Below are positions 17,166 through 20,019 of a DNA stretch of 20,019 nt, in pieces (position 1 is the first letter of the stretch; every line of letters starts with the position of its first letter). A model generated the notes under the pieces. The model made no database searches and was not told the origin of the DNA. It saw nothing but the letters and a program-made list of their open reading frames with translations. This DNA comes from an archaeon. Lineage in GTDB: Archaea > Asgardarchaeota > Thorarchaeia > Thorarchaeales > Thorarchaeaceae. The translations under genes and the position numbers were made by a program. The DNA lies in the NCBI GenBank assembly GCA_024275415.1, contig JAJRZD010000121.1, positions 1 through 20,019 of the forward strand. Direction: 5' to 3'.

Positions 17166-17316
17166 GCCGAGGTAGCCAAGCCAGGTTCACGGCGACAGCC
17201 TGGAATCTACGGTTGTCTTAGCGGCCATCGCACAGACAGCTGTTCTCCATTAGGAGGCATGAAAACCGATCATTCCGGTCGGTTTGGCCAGAGTTCGAAT
17301 CTCATCCTCGGCGCCA
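17166..17316 (+). tRNA. tRNA-Ser(GGA) with two introns (17206-17237 at 37/38; 17262-17291 at 51/52) and encoded CCA
   Basis: Acceptor stem GCCGAGG/CCTCGGC, discriminator G 17313, CCA 17314-17316. D-stem GCC/GGC. Anticodon stem ACAGC/GCTGT with loop CT-GGA-A^A. Long variable arm CTCC-ATTA-GGAG. The T-arm ATG^AG-TTCGAAT-CTCAT is restored only after removing 30 nt. Mature length is 86 nt to the discriminator. Confidence 0.93.
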
Positions 17317-17320
17317 CATC

Positions 17321-17330
17321 CCTCTTTTTT
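17321..17330 (+). terminator. Oligo-T terminator after tRNA-Ser
   Basis: CCTCTTTTTT lies just downstream of the CCA. Confidence 0.55.
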
Positions 17331-17342
17331 CCTCTGGATATC

Positions 17343-17612
17343 TCATGCATCGATTGTCGAGCTTTCCATCAGTCTTGTCAGGAGCATCTTTTGTCCTAGG
17401 TGGATTCTGCATTTCCTGCAGTCACAAGTGCCTACTAGGCGTACATTATATCCTACATTTGTGGTTCGTCGAGAGAAATGCCGTGTAGATACGACCTTCC
17501 CACAAAGTGTCACATACAAGTCTTTCTCTCTCTGGCCATGCCATCTGCTTGCGATATGACACAAATCTCCGTCCTTATAGACGTAGACCTTACCTCGTGG
17601 AAGGATCTGCAT
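17343..17612 (-). CDS. Small basic Cys/His-rich hypothetical protein (possible zinc finger)
   Basis: An 89-aa ORF fills the gap between the tRNA and an AT-rich promoter region. Pattern H19...C37G...C63-x-C65-x2-C68. A TATA-like TTTTTAT lies about 30 nt upstream on the minus strand. Confidence 0.55.
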   Translation of the reverse strand: MQILPRGKVYVYKDGDLCHIASRWHGQREKDLYVTLCGKVVSTRHFSRRTTNVGYNVRLVGTCDCRKCRIHLGQKMLLTRLMESSTIDA

Positions 17613-17783
17613 TACGCATCATATATAATATAGTAATTTGATAAAAAAGACCTTCTGTTATTTAGTAGAACATAGTTCATCTACCGACAGTTTAAATTGT
17701 CGATTTCTTAGGAATATCTTGCCATATATTTGAACTGTGTTATTCCAATAAAGCTAGGATTGCAGAAATGTAGTGATTAACAT

Positions 17784-18719
17784 ATGATTCACACAACTCT
17801 TCTAATTCGTACGGAAAGCAAACGTACTGTCGCTAGCACCAGATACTGGACAACAAGTGTTCCCCGAAAAGACATTCTGGAGTACATGGGCCTCAGAGGG
17901 AAGGTTCAACAGTTGTCTGACGGCAGAGAGGACATTCCTTTGACTATTGGTGGGAACAAATACTTCAGCCGAGAGTGTGGGAAAGACCTGTTGTTGGTAT
18001 TCATTACTGACATTGATGAGCAGGATCGTTTGGTTAACTCGAAAATCACAGATGCCGCAGACACAATGACACGAATCCTTGAGAAGTTTTCCATCAGTCA
18101 TGTGAAGAAAACATACGCAAAGACAATCGCCCAATTCGTCCATTCACGGTTGAAGATTGCCTTAGTTGGCGAAGGTGGTGTGGGAAAGACAACAACATTG
18201 CATCTCCTTATGGGGCGTGCGCCTCCAAAACAATATGTCCCGACGATTGCACTCGGAATGGAAACGATTGAGAACATTCATTTTGCGAACTATTCATTGG
18301 TCATCTGGGACTTTGCAGGACAAGAGCGGTTCAGGAGGCTTTGGAAGTTCTATTTCAAGGGGGCTGACATCGTCTTCTTGCTTACTGATTCGACACTGAG
18401 AAACATCCTCGTATCCAAAGAAATGTTTCAGATGATACGGCGTGATGCCCCTAATGTTCCTATCGTGATCATAGCCAATAAGCAGGACAAACCCAATGCT
18501 TTAGATCCATCAATCATTGAACGTATCATCGGAGCAGAAACCTATCCTATGGTGGCGATTGATCTGTCCTACAGGGATGATATGTTAGAGATTCTTCTGA
18601 ACACAGCAGCCAAGCATGTGAATGTGACAGTCCCAGACATCCCAGCCGAAGAGCTATTGAGATTCATCGACGATGAGCAGCTCGATGACGAAGAAGCGGA
18701 ACAGGTATCAGCTTCCTGA
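17784..18719 (+). CDS. Small GTPase (Arf/Rab-like) with N-terminal longin-like domain
   Basis: G1 GEGGVGKTT, G2 YVPTI, G3 WDFAGQERFRRLW, G4 NKQD. The N-terminal ~120 aa has a longin-like pattern (MIHTTLLI..., LLLVFITD). The C-terminal tail is acidic. Confidence 0.9.
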   Translation: MIHTTLLIRTESKRTVASTRYWTTSVPRKDILEYMGLRGKVQQLSDGREDIPLTIGGNKYFSRECGKDLLLVFITDIDEQDRLVNSKITDAADTMTRILEKFSISHVKKTYAKTIAQFVHSRLKIALVGEGGVGKTTTLHLLMGRAPPKQYVPTIALGMETIENIHFANYSLVIWDFAGQERFRRLWKFYFKGADIVFLLTDSTLRNILVSKEMFQMIRRDAPNVPIVIIANKQDKPNALDPSIIERIIGAETYPMVAIDLSYRDDMLEILLNTAAKHVNVTVPDIPAEELLRFIDDEQLDDEEAEQVSAS

Positions 18720-19133
18720 TGGTTGTATCGTCCACTCGGAGTCCCTTCGCACTTTTACAAATCCTAGTATCAGGTTTCCTCTTTTCTCGTCGTATCGGAA
18801 TACACTGAAGGTGTATTTTGTCGAGTTATCTCTGATTTCCAACCATCCTTTCTTCAGATAATGCCTAAACACATTCCGACACTGCCTGCGGACATATGTG
18901 AAAAGGTTACGATATCTCCTTCTCTGAGATGATCGGATACCCCACCTCTCAAAGATGAGCTGGTTTGCAAGAGTGTTGCTTGAGATTAGCGTAGACCATT
19001 TTTGTTTCTCAGAAACAAGAATCCCTGTACGAAGTTTGTGTTTCAGGATGTCCGGAATGGCTGCAAGCAGTAATTCATGGTCAGGTTCGCCCTCACTATC
19101 TCTGCTTTCTGTGTCCTCTGAGTCGCGCGGCAT
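18708..19133 (-). CDS. Hypothetical protein (basic, possibly nucleic-acid binding)
   Basis: A 141-aa ORF occupies otherwise empty space, with a TATA-like element at 19167-19172. It overlaps the GTPase 3' end by 12 nt. No family recognised. Confidence 0.6.
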   Translation of the reverse strand: MPRDSEDTESRDSEGEPDHELLLAAIPDILKHKLRTGILVSEKQKWSTLISSNTLANQLIFERWGIRSSQRRRYRNLFTYVRRQCRNVFRHYLKKGWLEIRDNSTKYTFSVFRYDEKRGNLILGFVKVRRDSEWTIQPSGS

Positions 19134-19208
19134 TTTGTTTTCTCCATATTGAAAGCAACCTCACTCTTTATAGGGACAACGCTTTTTCCTGTAGTCTGAT
19201 GATAAGTA

Positions 19209-19214
19209 TTATAA
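19209..19214 (+). promoter_or_regulatory. Putative TATA box of the rps13 (alpha) operon
   Basis: TTATAA lies about 55 nt upstream of the rps13 ATG. Confidence 0.45.
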
Positions 19215-19269
19215 GGAGTCTTCAGAGAGCGAACCAAGCCTCAAGACTATTCACCTGAGGTTATATACC

Positions 19270-19719
19270 ATGTCCGAACAAGAATATAGACACATCGTTA
19301 GGATGGCAGGTCATGATATTGATGGCCAGGAGAACCTACTCCAAGGGTTGACTAAAATCAGGGGTGTAGGTCTCAGAATGTCCAAGAGTATCATAAAACA
19401 ACTTGGCCAAGACCCTTCGAAACGTCTCGGTTTCCTTAGTGATGAGGAGATTGCGAAGATTGAGGAGATAATCAAGAGCCCCGTCGATGCCAACATGCCT
19501 GAATGGTATGTGAATCGGCCTCGTGATAGGATGACCGGCAGAATGTTGCATTTGATTGGTTCGGACTTGGACTTTGCAAATAAGAACGATATCGATAGGC
19601 TCAAGAGAATAAAGTCATGGCGAGGTATGAGACACGCTCTGGGTCTTAAGGTTCGTGGACAACATACCCGCACCACGGGACGAGGTGGCGCAGCGGTCGG
19701 TGTATCGCGTAAGAAATAA
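19270..19719 (+). CDS. rps13: 30S ribosomal protein uS13
   Basis: YRHIVRMAGHDIDG, LTKIRGVG, PEWYVNRPRD..TG, DIDRLKRIKSWRGMRHALGLKVRGQHTRTTGR. Confidence 0.98.
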   Translation: MSEQEYRHIVRMAGHDIDGQENLLQGLTKIRGVGLRMSKSIIKQLGQDPSKRLGFLSDEEIAKIEEIIKSPVDANMPEWYVNRPRDRMTGRMLHLIGSDLDFANKNDIDRLKRIKSWRGMRHALGLKVRGQHTRTTGRGGAAVGVSRKK

Positions 19720-19738
19720 ATCCTAGGTGAGTCAATAT

Positions 19739-20019
19739 ATGGGAGATCCAAGACGCCAGAAAAAGAAGTATGTCACTCCTAAGAGACCTTTCGACAGTGA
19801 GAGGTTCGAGCAGGAACTGCAATTAATAGGATCCTATGGTCTGAGGAACAAGCGTGAACTTTGGCGCAACAAGACCGAACTCTCTAGGTATAGGAGAACC
19901 GCTAGGAACCTCCTTGCAATACCTAAAAGCGAGCGGAAACGGCTGGAAGAGGAGCTGATTAACAAACTGATCAGGCTCGGAATTCTTCGAGGAGACCCTG
20001 TTCTTGATAGCGTGCTCGA
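19739..20019 (+). CDS. rps4: 30S ribosomal protein uS4, N-terminal part (3'-truncated; not in ORF track)
   Basis: ATG 19739 gives MGDPRRQKKKYVTPKRPFDSERFEQELQLIGSYGLRNKRELWR..., with SD AGGTGA at 19725-19730. Canonical position after uS13. Confidence 0.97.
   Translation, partial: MGDPRRQKKKYVTPKRPFDSERFEQELQLIGSYGLRNKRELWRNKTELSRYRRTARNLLAIPKSERKRLEEELINKLIRLGILRGDPVLDSVL

Noticed and set aside
13859-17316. Functional link between rnz and the CCA-encoding tRNA
   Set aside because: They are 2.3 kb apart and separated by unrelated genes in different transcription units, so proximity is not evidence.
17284-17559. 91-aa plus-strand ORF
   Set aside because: It starts inside the tRNA intron/T-arm and runs through its terminator.
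17290-19269. Integrated element at the tRNA 3' end
   Set aside because: No duplicated tRNA 3' fragment, integrase or transposase was found in the window.
1-20019. CRISPR array, rRNA or long tandem repeats
   Set aside because: No regularly spaced repeats or rRNA-like segments were seen; nearly all sequence is accounted for by genes.

Overview
This is archaeal DNA, most likely from an Asgard archaeon (Thorarchaeota-like). That assignment is inferred from a two-domain gelsolin, a longin-like/small-GTPase fusion, and archaeal-type r-proteins and SecY. The window runs from the end of the spc ribosomal operon (uS5 partial, uL30, an interposed Hsp20, uL15, then secY) to the start of the alpha operon (uS13, uS4 partial). 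About 15.6 kb of non-ribosomal genes lie between them: a NYN-LOTUS nuclease, a polyferredoxin-like Fe-S protein, a candidate degenerate MCM-like protein, a 2-domain gelsolin, an M20 peptidase / LLM oxidoreductase / HAM1 ITPase / TrmB cluster, a tandem Lrp-like HTH protein, RNase Z, a geranylgeranyl reductase, an L-asparaginase, a tRNA-Ser(GGA) with two introns, a small Cys/His protein, a longin-GTPase and a hypothetical protein. The most notable items are (1) the tRNA-Ser with a canonical 37/38 intron plus a non-canonical T-stem 51/52 intron, both with the same imperfect BHB motif; (2) the Walker-A-less MCM-like protein, tail-to-tail with the gelsolin; and (3) the small heat-shock gene embedded in the spc operon. 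No CRISPR array, transposase or integrase was seen. All assignments come from motif recognition by eye; no searches were run.
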